Source of the DNA: a virus
DNA length: 64,000 bases
IMG/VR virus record: IMGVR_UViG_3300045988_056969
Coordinates: 46,751 to 110,750 of that record
Reading direction: 5' to 3' (one strand)
The notes below the pieces were generated by a model. It made no database searches. It had not been told where the DNA came from and saw only the letters and a program-made list of their open reading frames with translations. Position numbers and translations under genes: made by a program. This document shows, in pieces, positions 13,712 to 23,448 of this stretch. Position 1 is the stretch's first letter, and each line of letters begins with the position of its first letter.

Positions 13712-15823
13712 AATTAAAAGTCTCCTGGGTCAAAACCATCCACAGCTCCAGCTCTAACAGTAGATTGTTCAGTAAGTTCTTTCTTAACCTAGTCTTCTAG
13801 TGTTATGAGTTCTTCATGAACTTTGTGAAGAGTAGCCATTTCCTTCATTACTTTTTCAGCCTGGAATACTGGCTTGCCGTTATTATCACGCTCATTTAAA
13901 TCTACAATAGTTTCGAAATAATCAATAAACTAGTCTGCAGCTCTTTTAGCTGCTTCTAGTAATTTTATTGACTTGTTTGAATCTTGTAACGCTCTGTATT
14001 TCCTACAAGCTTCTCTAAATATAGGGTCATTAAATTCTGACTCTGTCAATCCAGAATCACTAATAGCTTCGTCATGTCGTTCATGTTCCGAATACTAACT
14101 GTACGGACTTTTCCAGTCTATAGCTAAATAAATGTAAGATAGTTCTCTAGTAGCTCTATCCTTTTCTGCAGATTTATCCCTCTAGATTAAAGCCTTAAAT
14201 TCCTTAACTAGTAATATCTCTGGTTCATTTATTTCTAGCTATTTAGTTAAAGTGTTATAGTTAAATACATTCATAATCATTAATCATTATCATACACATT
14301 AGATAATCTTATTATTTCTTTTTCATTTTGGAACCGCACTTATTGACTTTCATTTTTGAGCCACAAGCGTCTTTCTTAGCATATTGTTTTCTGTCAGGAA
14401 CCCATTTTCCTCCCTGGAAATTACCCTTATGTCCTTTATTGGCCATAGTTTCCTAATCATTGTATTTATTGATTGATATAGAATCTCTTGAGGCTTCGTC
14501 TCTAGCAGATTTCATATCTTTCTTATACTAAGCTCTTCCTGCCTTAAATTTATCAACTTCATTAGCTTTCTTAGTAACTTTAGTTCCTTTTTGTGCTTTC
14601 TGGCAAGCTTTACAGATTCTACCGCCTTGCTTAAAATATACAAGCTCTTCTCCTTCTGGACATACTCCTTTTAGCTTCTTATAATACTCAAGCTTAGCTC
14701 CAAGCCTAGCCATTACTCCTCCTTGCATTTTCTGCATAAATTCCTGATACTTAGCTTTAATGCCGTCTTCACCTAATTGTTCAGCATAAGCTTGTAAATC
14801 CTGTTCAGACTATATCTGAACTCCCTATGACTGCGCATCCTATATTAAATATGCCACAAACGCTTTTTGTAATTCTTGTTGATTATTCATTGTTCCTCCT
14901 TGTTGAAATTTAGTTGTATGTCCCGGAGATAATGTTAATGGTTTAGCTTCTGATTTTCTAGAATTCCATACATCTCCAAGATAATTAAATAATCTCTATA
15001 ACCCCCTATGTATCCCAAAATCTCCTCCTTGTACTGTATTTCCCATAGTATATCTAATGGTAGAAGGTTGTTTAGGCTTACTTGAAGGCTACTCGGCTCT
15101 TGTCTATTCACTAGCTGGCTAACTGCCTCTTGTAATAGTTGGTATTCCTCTACCCCAAGTAGTTCCTTTTGTTGTAGCAATTAGGTCTGGAGCTTCTATA
15201 CTAATCTAAGTATCTGACTAAGGAATCTGAATGGTAGAAGGTTGTTTAGGCTTACTTGAAGGCTGTCCTAAGTCTGTAGTATATACAGAATTTCCCCACA
15301 TAAACTGTTTTAGTCCTCTCTCTCTAGCAGCCCTAAAAGCTGTCTTAAAATCTTTAACACCTCTTAAATCATCCTAAGCTATTTCAGCAGTAGGAAGAGG
15401 TTCTAATCTTGTGGGTAATGAAGGCATTTCTGGAGCATCAAAATATGCCTCTTGTAACTTAGGCATTTTCTATTGTGCGGTTCTTCTAATAATGTCTGGA
15501 TTAGTTGCCCAAGTCTAATGCAACTACCTCAAGGTTCTCTCATCTAAGTCCGCATCTCCGTAAATAATTTTGATATTACGCATCAATTCAGGGTCAAACT
15601 ACACTTTAGCCATTACTTTTCTACTTTAATTAAATCCTTAGTATTAAACACTGCTTCCTACATAAGTCCGGAATCAGTAAACCATCTACATCTTAATCCT
15701 CGTAATCCTTGGTTATCTTTAAATAAAGCTGCTTCTCTTCTTAGAACAAGCATAACTGGAGAATGCATTACTTTACACTACCGTAAAGTAACACAATCCC
15801 CAGGCTTAAAATAAACTTTTTCA
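13712..15823 (-). other. Additional late genes with in-frame TAG (fragments 14528-14737 zinc-ribbon CxxC..CxxC; 14935-15180)
   Basis: Short minus-strand ORF fragments in several frames; boundaries not resolved. Confidence 0.3.
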
Positions 15824-16426
15824 TCAATTGTTTCCATACTTCAATTCGTTTCTTCTTTCAGTTAGATTTTCGTTAACTACAGCCATAATTCTGTTCTCAT
15901 TAACTACAACAAATCCAAACTTGTAGAACGGAACCATGCACTCGCTAGCTATTGTATAGAATACTATATCTCCAGGTTTTAGGAACTCACACTTGTGCCC
16001 GACCTCAATAACAGTACCCACTTTAATAAATTGTTGTTCTTCTTCTATTTCTCCTGTTTCATTAGATTTATATGTTGGAGCAAATCCACCTAAGTCTGTA
16101 ATTAATCCACTCTTAGTAGTTTTAATTTTTTGAAACGGATTTTGTTCGAAAGGTTTAATTAATGCATACCCATACATAGGCATAATTTCTACACCATTCA
16201 TATCCTCAGATAATGATTTGGCGTAAGATTCTAAAGCTGCATTATGTTTAGAGAATTTATCTTCTAATTCATCTACTGCTGTATTGAATCTTTCCTGTTT
16301 TTCTCTTAATAAAGTTTTATCTGCAGCTTCTCCATTTACTATAAGGTGCTGTCCTGTACCTTCCATACCAGTTATAGCTAGTGCTAGTTTCTCATTACTG
16401 TTCAATTCTGTTCTTAAAGTTTCCAT
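15824..16426 (-). CDS. Hypothetical protein (200 aa), TGA stop
   Basis: Intact ORF in the track; no confident homology. Confidence 0.5.
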   Translation of the reverse strand: METLRTELNSNEKLALAITGMEGTGQHLIVNGEAADKTLLREKQERFNTAVDELEDKFSKHNAALESYAKSLSEDMNGVEIMPMYGYALIKPFEQNPFQKIKTTKSGLITDLGGFAPTYKSNETGEIEEEQQFIKVGTVIEVGHKCEFLKPGDIVFYTIASECMVPFYKFGFVVVNENRIMAVVNENLTERRNELKYGNN

Positions 16427-16434
16427 AATTCATT

Positions 16435-16773
16435 TTACCATTTACATAAATCACAATGTTCATCTTCTATTCTAGTTTTGTTCTCTAGTATACAACCACA
16501 CTCCTCACATACTTCTCCAAATGAAGTCTGTAATTTATGAGGACAAGTATTACAAATATTTAATCTTGTGGTTGCTAAATCTTGATTAATTCCAAATATA
16601 TGGAAATATATACTCTTCAATATTACTAAAGGTTTAGTAAATATTGCTTTAATCCATTTCTTTGACATCTTTTCAGTAGGTTCTTGAGTCATAAGTATAT
16701 AAGCCTTAGTAGGGTTAGCCATTACTGGAGTCCCATATAGTAATAAATTATTTACCATTTCTTCGCAGGACAA
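16435..16773 (-). CDS. Cys-rich small protein (CNTCPH..CEECGC..HCDLCKW), paralog of 16752-16967
   Basis: ORF track; shares its C-terminal Cys motifs with the neighbour; TAA stop. Confidence 0.5.
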   Translation of the reverse strand: MSCEEMVNNLLLYGTPVMANPTKAYILMTQEPTEKMSKKWIKAIFTKPLVILKSIYFHIFGINQDLATTRLNICNTCPHKLQTSFGEVCEECGCILENKTRIEDEHCDLCKW

Positions 16774-16967
16774 TGCTTCTTCTCATTAGGTATCTTTAAT
16801 TCCAGTAGACATCCGCATCCTTTTATATATCCTTCTTTTGGACCAATACTTATGTCATTGTTTTCTGGATTTAAATACAACTGTCCATTACATATTGCAT
16901 CTTCTTGATTACATATTGGACAGCGTCTACATATTTTCCATCTTTCTTCTATTTCCTCTAGTGTCAT
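16752..16967 (-). CDS. Cys-rich small protein (CRRCPICN..GCGC..HCPAKKW)
   Basis: ORF track; paralog of 16435-16773. Confidence 0.5.
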   Translation of the reverse strand: MTLEEIEERWKICRRCPICNQEDAICNGQLYLNPENNDISIGPKEGYIKGCGCLLELKIPNEKKHCPAKKW

Positions 16968-16969
16968 AA

Positions 16970-17884
16970 TTAATATTCAATACGTTGACGTTTCTTTTTA
17001 TTTTCTGCCAATATAGATTCTTTCTTGTAAAAAGAAAGCATTCTTATTACTTCATCTTTTAAATATGGTAAGTGATATACTGTCATGTTGTCACTGTGGT
17101 CGAAGTGTACTAAAACTAAGTCTTCAATTTCAAATTCTGGGTTTTTCTTCTGAATCATCCAGGCGTAAGTACTTAGCTGAAGGGTATAATGCCAATAATT
17201 AACATCATCTAAATTATTTAGAGGATACTTCATCTTAACTGATGTCTTAGTTTTAGAATTAAAGAAACTCTTTGTTTCTATTTTTTTATTAGTCTTCCAG
17301 TCGCCAATAATTATCTTATTACCTCTTTTAACTAATAAGTCAATTTGTCCAGCTATTCTTAGTTTTCCGTCCTCAGATACTCTAGAGATTAGATACTCAG
17401 GATATACCCCATTCTCCAAATCTAGATTGTTATAGTCTTTTATACACTCAAACTTACCACCTATTTGATATTTACTTAGATCTATATCCTTCTTCTTTTT
17501 GTAAAAAGAGTTTTCCAAATCTGCATGGATTCTAGTTCCTCTCTCGCAAGAGTTTCTGTTCTCCATATCCCATGCATCTAAGATAGCTTGTTGTTCTTTA
17601 TTAAACTCGTCTTCTGTAATGTTATGAAGTTCAAGTAGAACTTTGTCAAATTTCTTAGTATTCAGCAGAGATTTTTTCTCGATAGCCCAATCTTCTTTAG
17701 GTAGAAGTTTCTCTAGTGCTTTATAAGCTGACCAGAACTCTTTATCAAAGGGTTGGGTGAAAGAATGAATTAAAGTCGTTACAGATATAAATTTCTGTTC
17801 TGGCTTTGTAACATCATAATAAATATGAGCTTCCTCTTCGAAAGCTATGTTCCCATTTTGTTTTGTAATTTTACTTTTGTCCAT
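16970..17884 (-). CDS. PD-(D/E)XK family exonuclease (RecB/Cas4-like fold)
   Basis: Motifs GQIDLL...GDWKT (D..E/D.K) and TLQLSTYAW (QxxxY); intact ORF, TAA stop. Confidence 0.6.
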   Translation of the reverse strand: MDKSKITKQNGNIAFEEEAHIYYDVTKPEQKFISVTTLIHSFTQPFDKEFWSAYKALEKLLPKEDWAIEKKSLLNTKKFDKVLLELHNITEDEFNKEQQAILDAWDMENRNSCERGTRIHADLENSFYKKKKDIDLSKYQIGGKFECIKDYNNLDLENGVYPEYLISRVSEDGKLRIAGQIDLLVKRGNKIIIGDWKTNKKIETKSFFNSKTKTSVKMKYPLNNLDDVNYWHYTLQLSTYAWMIQKKNPEFEIEDLVLVHFDHSDNMTVYHLPYLKDEVIRMLSFYKKESILAENKKKRQRIEY

Positions 17885-18007
17885 TAGTCATAATTCATTT
17901 AATCATTTATCACATTTATCTATATTTATTTGATACTTTTCAAGTATATTAATATTCTTTGTAAGATACAAATCAATAAATAATACATTATATTAAAAAT
18001 GTCTAAT

Positions 18008-18340
18008 ATGACAAAAATGGTAACATTTGGATGTCCAATTTTTAAAAACGGGTCAGGCATTCATATTAAAGAGAAAAACAAAGGTAAATTTACTGCCTCT
18101 GCTAAGGCTGCAGGATAGTCTGTACAGGAACATGCTAAATCTGTACTAAACAATCCTAATGCTACTTCTCTTCAGAAGAAGCGTGCTAACTTTGCTAGAA
18201 ACGCGGCTAAATGGAAACACGAAGATGGAGCTAAGATACATAAACCAAGTGGACATAGATCTATTCTAGATAATGGATGGATTCCTACTACTAGATTAAA
18301 GAAAGGAAATTATGGATTAATTAAAACAAGAAAGCAATGA
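18008..18340 (+). CDS. Small basic protein (110 aa) with one in-frame TAG (18116-18118); missed by the ORF track
   Basis: ATG at 18008 and TGA at 18338; a continuous reading frame if TAG is sense. Confidence 0.45.
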
Positions 18341-18415
18341 GCGCTGTAGTTAAATTAATTAAAGAATTTATACTTAAGATATATCTTTATTTACTATTTA
18401 TATTTAATAAGTAAT

Positions 18416-18607
18416 ATGGACTATAATAGAGCAACTCTTTATGCGGCTACTGGTCGTACTTTATTACTCCCTGGCTGGAAAGGGTATTTTTATTGGGACT
18501 ATACTAAGAATGAATTAAATTTTAGAAATGGAGACTATCATTTAGATAACAAATAGCTCAAGGAGAAAGGAGTTATGGAACGTAATGATTGGTATTATAT
18601 AATATGA
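18416..18607 (+). CDS. Small protein (63 aa) with one in-frame TAG; ATGA overlap with the next gene
   Basis: ATG at 18416 and TGA at 18605-18607 overlapping the ATG at 18604. Confidence 0.4.
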
Positions 18608-18996
18608 TAATTAAAAATAATATTATACCGTTTGGAGGTTATAAAGTAATTAATCTGTTTGGATTAATATTTACTAAGTCGGATTTGACTGATGAGGATA
18701 AGAATCACGAGAATATCCATTCAGTATAGATTTTAGAATGTGCAATAGCGTTTGCAATACTTATATCTATATTATTTGGATTAGAATGGGTATGGTTAGC
18801 TATTCCATCTTTCTATATCTGGTATGGATTAGAGTATTTAATTATACGACTATTAAGACTTAAAGATTCTCAAAATGATTGCTACAGAGATGTAAGCTTT
18901 GAAGAAGAAGCTTATATGAATGAAGACAATTTACAGTATCTAGAAGGATAGAGAAAGATGTTTTCATGGATAAAATATCTAAAAGTTAATGCATAA
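18604..18996 (+). CDS. Small membrane protein (130 aa, hydrophobic core ILECAIAFAILISILFGLEWVWLAIPSFYIWYGL) with 2 in-frame TAG; holin-like by composition only
   Basis: Manual translation; TAA at 18994-18996. Confidence 0.4.
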
Positions 18997-19040
18997 CAAA
19001 ATAGGCGAACTTAGACAATTAAGTCTAGGCTCGCCTATTT

Positions 19041-19253
19041 TTATTTACTATTATACGTACAAGTGATTCTGTTTGGCTCTTCCCACCAAGGTTTATCTGA
19101 AAGTGGAGTTCTGATGCTATTGGGCCAATTTATAATTGGAGTAGTTTCCTCTACTATAGCCTCCATTATTTTAAATAATGTATCCAAGTCTAGCTCTGGA
19201 AGCAGCTCATGAATATTAGTTATTGTTTTCTTATAATTTATCATACCCTTCAA
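19041..19253 (-). CDS. Hypothetical protein
   Basis: ORF track; no TAG needed. Confidence 0.4.
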   Translation of the reverse strand: MKGMINYKKTITNIHELLPELDLDTLFKIMEAIVEETTPIINWPNSIRTPLSDKPWWEEPNRITCTYNSK

Positions 19254-19599
19254 AAGTGTCGTTAATAATTGCTTTCTCTATTGTAGTATCTTTATATAAA
19301 CCATGTTGTAGTATATTTCTTACTTGATGGTCTACTTGATTCCATATATCTAATAATATAGAAGAATCATCTGAAAGACTATATTGTGGATAGCTAGCCC
19401 TTAAACTGCTAAGTACTTTGCCATTAATGTAAATGTCAAATACGAAATTTTTTATATCATCTGTAGTTTCTCCAGAAATTCCTGCAGCTCTTTGTAAAAG
19501 TTTAAGAGCCTTTTCATATACTTCCCTTTCTTCACGCTCAATTCTTGAAGAATTGAACATCATCATATTTGCGGCTACTGACATATTAGTACGATACAC
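19231..19599 (-). CDS. Hypothetical protein
   Basis: ORF track. Confidence 0.45.
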   Translation of the reverse strand: MYRTNMSVAANMMMFNSSRIEREEREVYEKALKLLQRAAGISGETTDDIKNFVFDIYINGKVLSSLRASYPQYSLSDDSSILLDIWNQVDHQVRNILQHGLYKDTTIEKAIINDTFEGYDKL

Positions 19600-19748
19600 T
19601 TAGCTTATTTAAGTTGTCTAGATAATCTAAGAACCATTGTTCGTTTTGTTTTCCTTCTTCTACAATAGTATTAATTAAAGATTCTGTAGCTAATAGTGTT
19701 ATTTCTGCTAGCTCCTCTAATTCCGATTTAGTAAGTTCGTTATATTTT

Positions 19749-20063
19749 TCAATCAAGTTTAACATAATCCATCCAGTCTTTTATATATGATTTACATTCT
19801 TCCAAATCTGGATAGATACTTGTTATAGAGCATCCAGTTTTCGGATTTTTAAAGTGATGCATCTTAGTCTCTTCTTTTTTCTCCTCTTCTGTATTTCTAT
19901 TTAATGTTCTATTCCAATAGTTGTACTTTTCATCTAACATTTCCATATCACATTCCTCTAATATTTTCATATTAGGGTTATTCATTATCTTGTCGTATTT
20001 TCTCTTTAAATTAGAGACTTTGACAACATCATTTCCATTTAATACAACTGCACACTGTTTCAT
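19749..20063 (-). CDS. Hypothetical protein
   Basis: ORF track. Confidence 0.45.
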   Translation of the reverse strand: MKQCAVVLNGNDVVKVSNLKRKYDKIMNNPNMKILEECDMEMLDEKYNYWNRTLNRNTEEEKKEETKMHHFKNPKTGCSITSIYPDLEECKSYIKDWMDYVKLD

Positions 20064-20287
20064 TTCAATACCTTATAAGTACATATCTTGCCTATCTGTT
20101 TTCCTTGAATTGTTATTTGCGGAAGAAAATAGCAGGCTTGATTCTCAAATTCTTGAGGTACAAAGATATAATCAAACTTACTTCCAACTACCTTCTCACA
20201 AACTTTATTCCAATCGTCTCCCTCTTCTATAATAAGAGTTTTAGCTCCTGTTGGAGTTACTACATAATTCTCATTTAATTTTATCAT
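20060..20287 (-). CDS. Hypothetical small protein (MIKLNENYVV...); the track ORF is trimmed to the first ATG so that it no longer overlaps the tRNA
   Basis: Upstream part of track ORF 20060-20362 overlaps the suppressor tRNA and is judged spurious. Confidence 0.4.
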   Translation of the reverse strand: MIKLNENYVVTPTGAKTLIIEEGDDWNKVCEKVVGSKFDYIFVPQEFENQACYFLPQITIQGKQIGKICTYKVLK

Positions 20288-20304
20288 AACTATTAATTTT
20301 GGCG

Positions 20305-20376
20305 TTGCCCTACTAGGATTCGAACCCAGACTAAATGATTTAGAGTCATCTGTGCTGACCATTACACCATAGGGCA
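20305..20376 (-). tRNA. Suppressor tRNA, anticodon CTA (reads UAG); clean cloverleaf; probably Gln-derived
   Basis: Minus-strand TGCCCTA-T-G-GTGT-AATGGTCA-GCAC-A-GATGA-CTCTAAA-TCATT-TAGT-CTGGG-TTCGAAT-CCTAG-TAGGGCA-A. All stems pair. The D-arm is identical to the tRNA-Gln(TTG)-like gene at 34198. Confidence 0.8.
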
Positions 20377-20514
20377 GTAACTTATTTCTCTTTTAGAGAT
20401 TTATTTTCTGCTGCCAATTTCTCTAGTTCTTTTCTTAATTGTTCATTTTCGTGAAATAAAGCCTGCATAGTAGCGTTGATATTAGCTAATAGTATTCTCA
20501 TTTGAGCAACCTAT

Positions 20515-20916
20515 TCATACATAAGCTTTCAGTTGTTCAATTCTCTTTTTAGCTATATCTGACAATGCCATTTTGAATTTAGCAATACCAGCTCTTACTG
20601 TTTCTAACTTGCCGCTTTCTAAGCATTCTTGTATTTTATGAACTTCAAGCTCTCCTAGATATTCGCATACATCTATAAATAAATCATCATCTAGAGATTC
20701 TAAATATTTCTGGAATTGGTCTACCTCTTCATTAGCTAGACAGCTTTCTTCCTTCTATCTTTCATAAGATATTAATAAGAACAAAGAATCGTCGGTAGAT
20801 TCGGACTTAATAGTTAGTCCATTACCAGACATATAATATTCTTGATTCGTATTAATTGCCCCAATTAGCTATTTAAACTAGTCCTAATTTAACAATGTTT
20901 CTAAGTCTGTAATCAT
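20515..20916 (-). CDS. Hypothetical protein (133 aa) with 4 in-frame TAG; stop TGA 20515-20517
   Basis: Manual translation MITDLETLLN-Q-D-Q-FK-Q-LIG...; continuous only with TAG as sense. Confidence 0.45.
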
Positions 20917-21039
20917 AATTGTTTTCTTTTTAGTTATATACAATAATAACCTCCGAAAAGTTAAACGCAAAGTTAAAAAATTCTAATTCAAATATTATAC
21001 ATATTTTATATATTAAGGGGAAAGCCGGTACAGGTACTT

Positions 21040-21180
21040 TATATAAATAGCCCCCTGGGGTTATTATAAATTCCGACTTTTATATTTGGAGGGCAATTAC
21101 CTAGATTCCAAAAATTCATAGAGTGAGTGTAGTGGCGGTCCACCACTACGTTAGACCCCCCTGGGGTTCGTAGTGGAAAA
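21040..21180 (+). promoter_or_regulatory. Leader of the first early operon with alternative hairpins (GTAGTGG-cggtc-CCACTAC, then a second GTAGTGG) and a duplicated CCCCCTGGGGTT motif; Bacteroides-type -7 like TAtaTTTG at 21078-21085
   Basis: Direct reading of the sequence; attenuator-like mutually exclusive pairing is possible. Confidence 0.3.
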
Positions 21181-21240
21181 TAAATATCCATATATATAAT
21201 CCCTAACCATATAAGAGTAATAATTATAAATTTTATAACA

Positions 21241-21687
21241 ATGGCAACAGAAAGAAACAGCCGAGAAAAGGGTGAAGCACTCGCAGCGGCACAGGGTACA
21301 CAAATCAAGGATTTTGCAGCAGCAGGAAAAACTAATTTACCACCTACGGAACTTGCAAACGTGGAAGTAGGGGAAGAGTTCACAATTCCCAATGACTACA
21401 AAATCTATGAACGTGAATTTAACGGTAACAAATATCAGTTTGTTGTTACCGAAGAAGGAAAATTCTTTTACGTTTCATGGCTCACACGTGGAGCAAAGCC
21501 CAAAGACGGGGGAGATTTTGTAAGACCTAAAGGTACAGTAATCGAAAAATTTTACAAAAATCCTAATGCCTCTTACGATGAGGCATTTAAGGGCATCACT
21601 GGGAAACCTATGATAGTAAAAGAATTTACCAAAGTTGAAGGTGAAAACTTTACCACAAAGGTGGCAACCATCGACTTTGTAAAATAG
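21241..21687 (+). CDS. Early hypothetical protein, paralog of 22121-22579; ends with a genuine TAG stop
   Basis: ORF track; shared motif LTRGA.P.DG.DFVRP.GTV; TAG 21685-21687 followed by a terminator hairpin. Confidence 0.6.
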   Translation: MATERNSREKGEALAAAQGTQIKDFAAAGKTNLPPTELANVEVGEEFTIPNDYKIYEREFNGNKYQFVVTEEGKFFYVSWLTRGAKPKDGGDFVRPKGTVIEKFYKNPNASYDEAFKGITGKPMIVKEFTKVEGENFTTKVATIDFVK

Positions 21688-21696
21688 TTTAACATT

Positions 21697-21719
21697 GGGT
21701 AGGGGTGACAGACCTACCC
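21697..21719 (+). terminator. Stem-loop GGGTAGG-ggtgacagac-CCTACCC followed by a T-rich tract
   Basis: Perfect 7-bp inverted repeat right after the TAG stop. Confidence 0.5.
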
Positions 21720-21735
21720 TATAAATTTAAACATT

Positions 21736-22002
21736 ATGACAAAAGAATACGTTGAAGAAAGATATAACCTATTATTTGAACTTTATGGGGTTCAATCTCG
21801 TGGTTGGTCAATGTTGCATGAGCAATTTAATAGATACGTGTTTTGCCCAGATAACCGCAAATCATTAATAGCGGAATATTTAGTTTGGGAAGACTTTGTA
21901 GAAGACGCAAAGAAATTCAATGTTCCTTATTATATGGGAATTGATAACTTTCTGAAAGAATACAAAAACGCTGTTTATTCATGCTTAACTAACTTACAAT
22001 AA
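21736..22002 (+). CDS. Hypothetical protein
   Basis: ORF track. Confidence 0.5.
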   Translation: MTKEYVEERYNLLFELYGVQSRGWSMLHEQFNRYVFCPDNRKSLIAEYLVWEDFVEDAKKFNVPYYMGIDNFLKEYKNAVYSCLTNLQ

Positions 22003-22120
22003 TATAAAGTTGCGCACGACACGAATTAATATAAAGGTATAAATAGCCTGTATACAGGCCCCAACATTACCCGAGTGAACAATAAATGTATAATTACTAA
22101 CAAAAAAAAATTATTAGATT

Positions 22121-22579
22121 ATGGCAACTGAAAAGAATGCTAGACAGATTAGTGAAGAAAGAGCTGCTGCTCAAGGTGAAGTATTCAACTCTTTCAAAGA
22201 TGCAGGTGTAGGGGCTGTTCGCTCTCTTGAATTGAACAATATCAATGAAGGAGAAACGGTGACGATTCCTAAAGACTTTAAAATCTTCTTAATGCCTATT
22301 AGCGGAACAACCAACAAAGCTGCCAAAGTTATTACTGAAGAAGGTAAGGACTTCTGGATTGGCTGCTTGACTCGTGGCGCTCGTCCTGCTGACGGTAGTG
22401 ATTTTGTACGTCCAACTGGTACTGTTGTTGATGCTGTTCAGAAGCACGCTACAATGGATGAAGCTTTCAAGGAAGAGCTTGCCGGTAAGAAGATTAAGTT
22501 TGAAAAGAAAACCGTTGTGGTAGCCGAGTTCAATGGCGAAACAAGAAACGTCAACGTGTGGACGCTTAACTTCGCTTAA
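22121..22579 (+). CDS. Early hypothetical protein, paralog of 21241-21687
   Basis: ORF track; TAA stop. Confidence 0.6.
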   Translation: MATEKNARQISEERAAAQGEVFNSFKDAGVGAVRSLELNNINEGETVTIPKDFKIFLMPISGTTNKAAKVITEEGKDFWIGCLTRGARPADGSDFVRPTGTVVDAVQKHATMDEAFKEELAGKKIKFEKKTVVVAEFNGETRNVNVWTLNFA

Positions 22580-23343
22580 ACGAAGTTTTGTAACTCTTAA
22601 AGGCAAAATGTATAAGGATTGGTTAGTCACCGGTCCTTATACTCGATACAAAGTGAAAAACGGTGAGAATTATCACTTAAAAAGTGGATATTTTCTTATC
22701 AGAAATCACTTAGTATTGAGATATATTCCTGGATAGAAGTTTACACTGTAACTGTTATTAGTATTTTCAATGTTCAACGCGAAAATTCGGTAAAGGAAGG
22801 AGAAATTGTCCACTAAAAAGACCCTCAATTTCCGGACTTTTTCCGATTTTCAAAAAATCCGCCAGAGTAGGAGTTATATAGCTCACACTCTCTATGGACA
22901 TTATTTAGTATTTAGCCTATAAAAAGGCAACAAAAAGCGAGGCTACGCAGAAGAGCCTAACACCAAAAATAACTGCTACAAATTCTATGTGCATATTCGC
23001 AAACTTGAGCACTATAGGATTTAGGTTGAGCTACAAGGATTGGTCACTTATAGCAATATTATGAGTACTGCTGATATGTCAGTGACCGTACATATCACAT
23101 ATAAAATATGTTATACAATTATGTTAGAAGTTGCCAGGTCTAAGAAGCCTGATTAAAATCTCTAGATAGTAAGAGAGAACCTCATAAGGGTTCATTTTCC
23201 ATCTCGAACCTATTCGCAAGTTTATAGACTAGCTATCTATAAATTTAGTGATGGAATACCAACGAAGTTGGTGTTCCCGCTTTGCGAACGTCCTCAGCAT
23301 AGAAAACTGAGAAATAATCTCCTATCTTATTCTAGATAGGATT

Positions 23344-23413
23344 TCCCTACTAGTATAATGGATTGCGTCTCCCTTTAAAGGAGAAGATTCTGGTTCAAGT
23401 CCAGAGTAGGGAT
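23344..23413 (+). tRNA. tRNA with anticodon TTA (UUA; would read UAA, and UAG by wobble); ochre-suppressor-like
   Basis: TCCCTAC/GTAGGGA acceptor; anticodon arm TCTCC-CTTTAAA-GGAGA; T-arm TCTGG-TTCAAGT-CCAGA. Confidence 0.6.
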
Positions 23414-23448
23414 CTTCATAGTTATATTATTTGTGATTATTACTTTTC

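Noticed and set aside
20382-20501. 39-aa minus-strand ORF between the suppressor tRNA and the TAG-recoded gene
   Set aside because: Too short and without motifs; could be real but unsupported.
21100-21180. tRNA-like appearance of ...CCCCTGGGGTTCGTAGTGG
   Set aside because: No acceptor, D or anticodon arms can be drawn; it is treated as regulatory hairpins instead.
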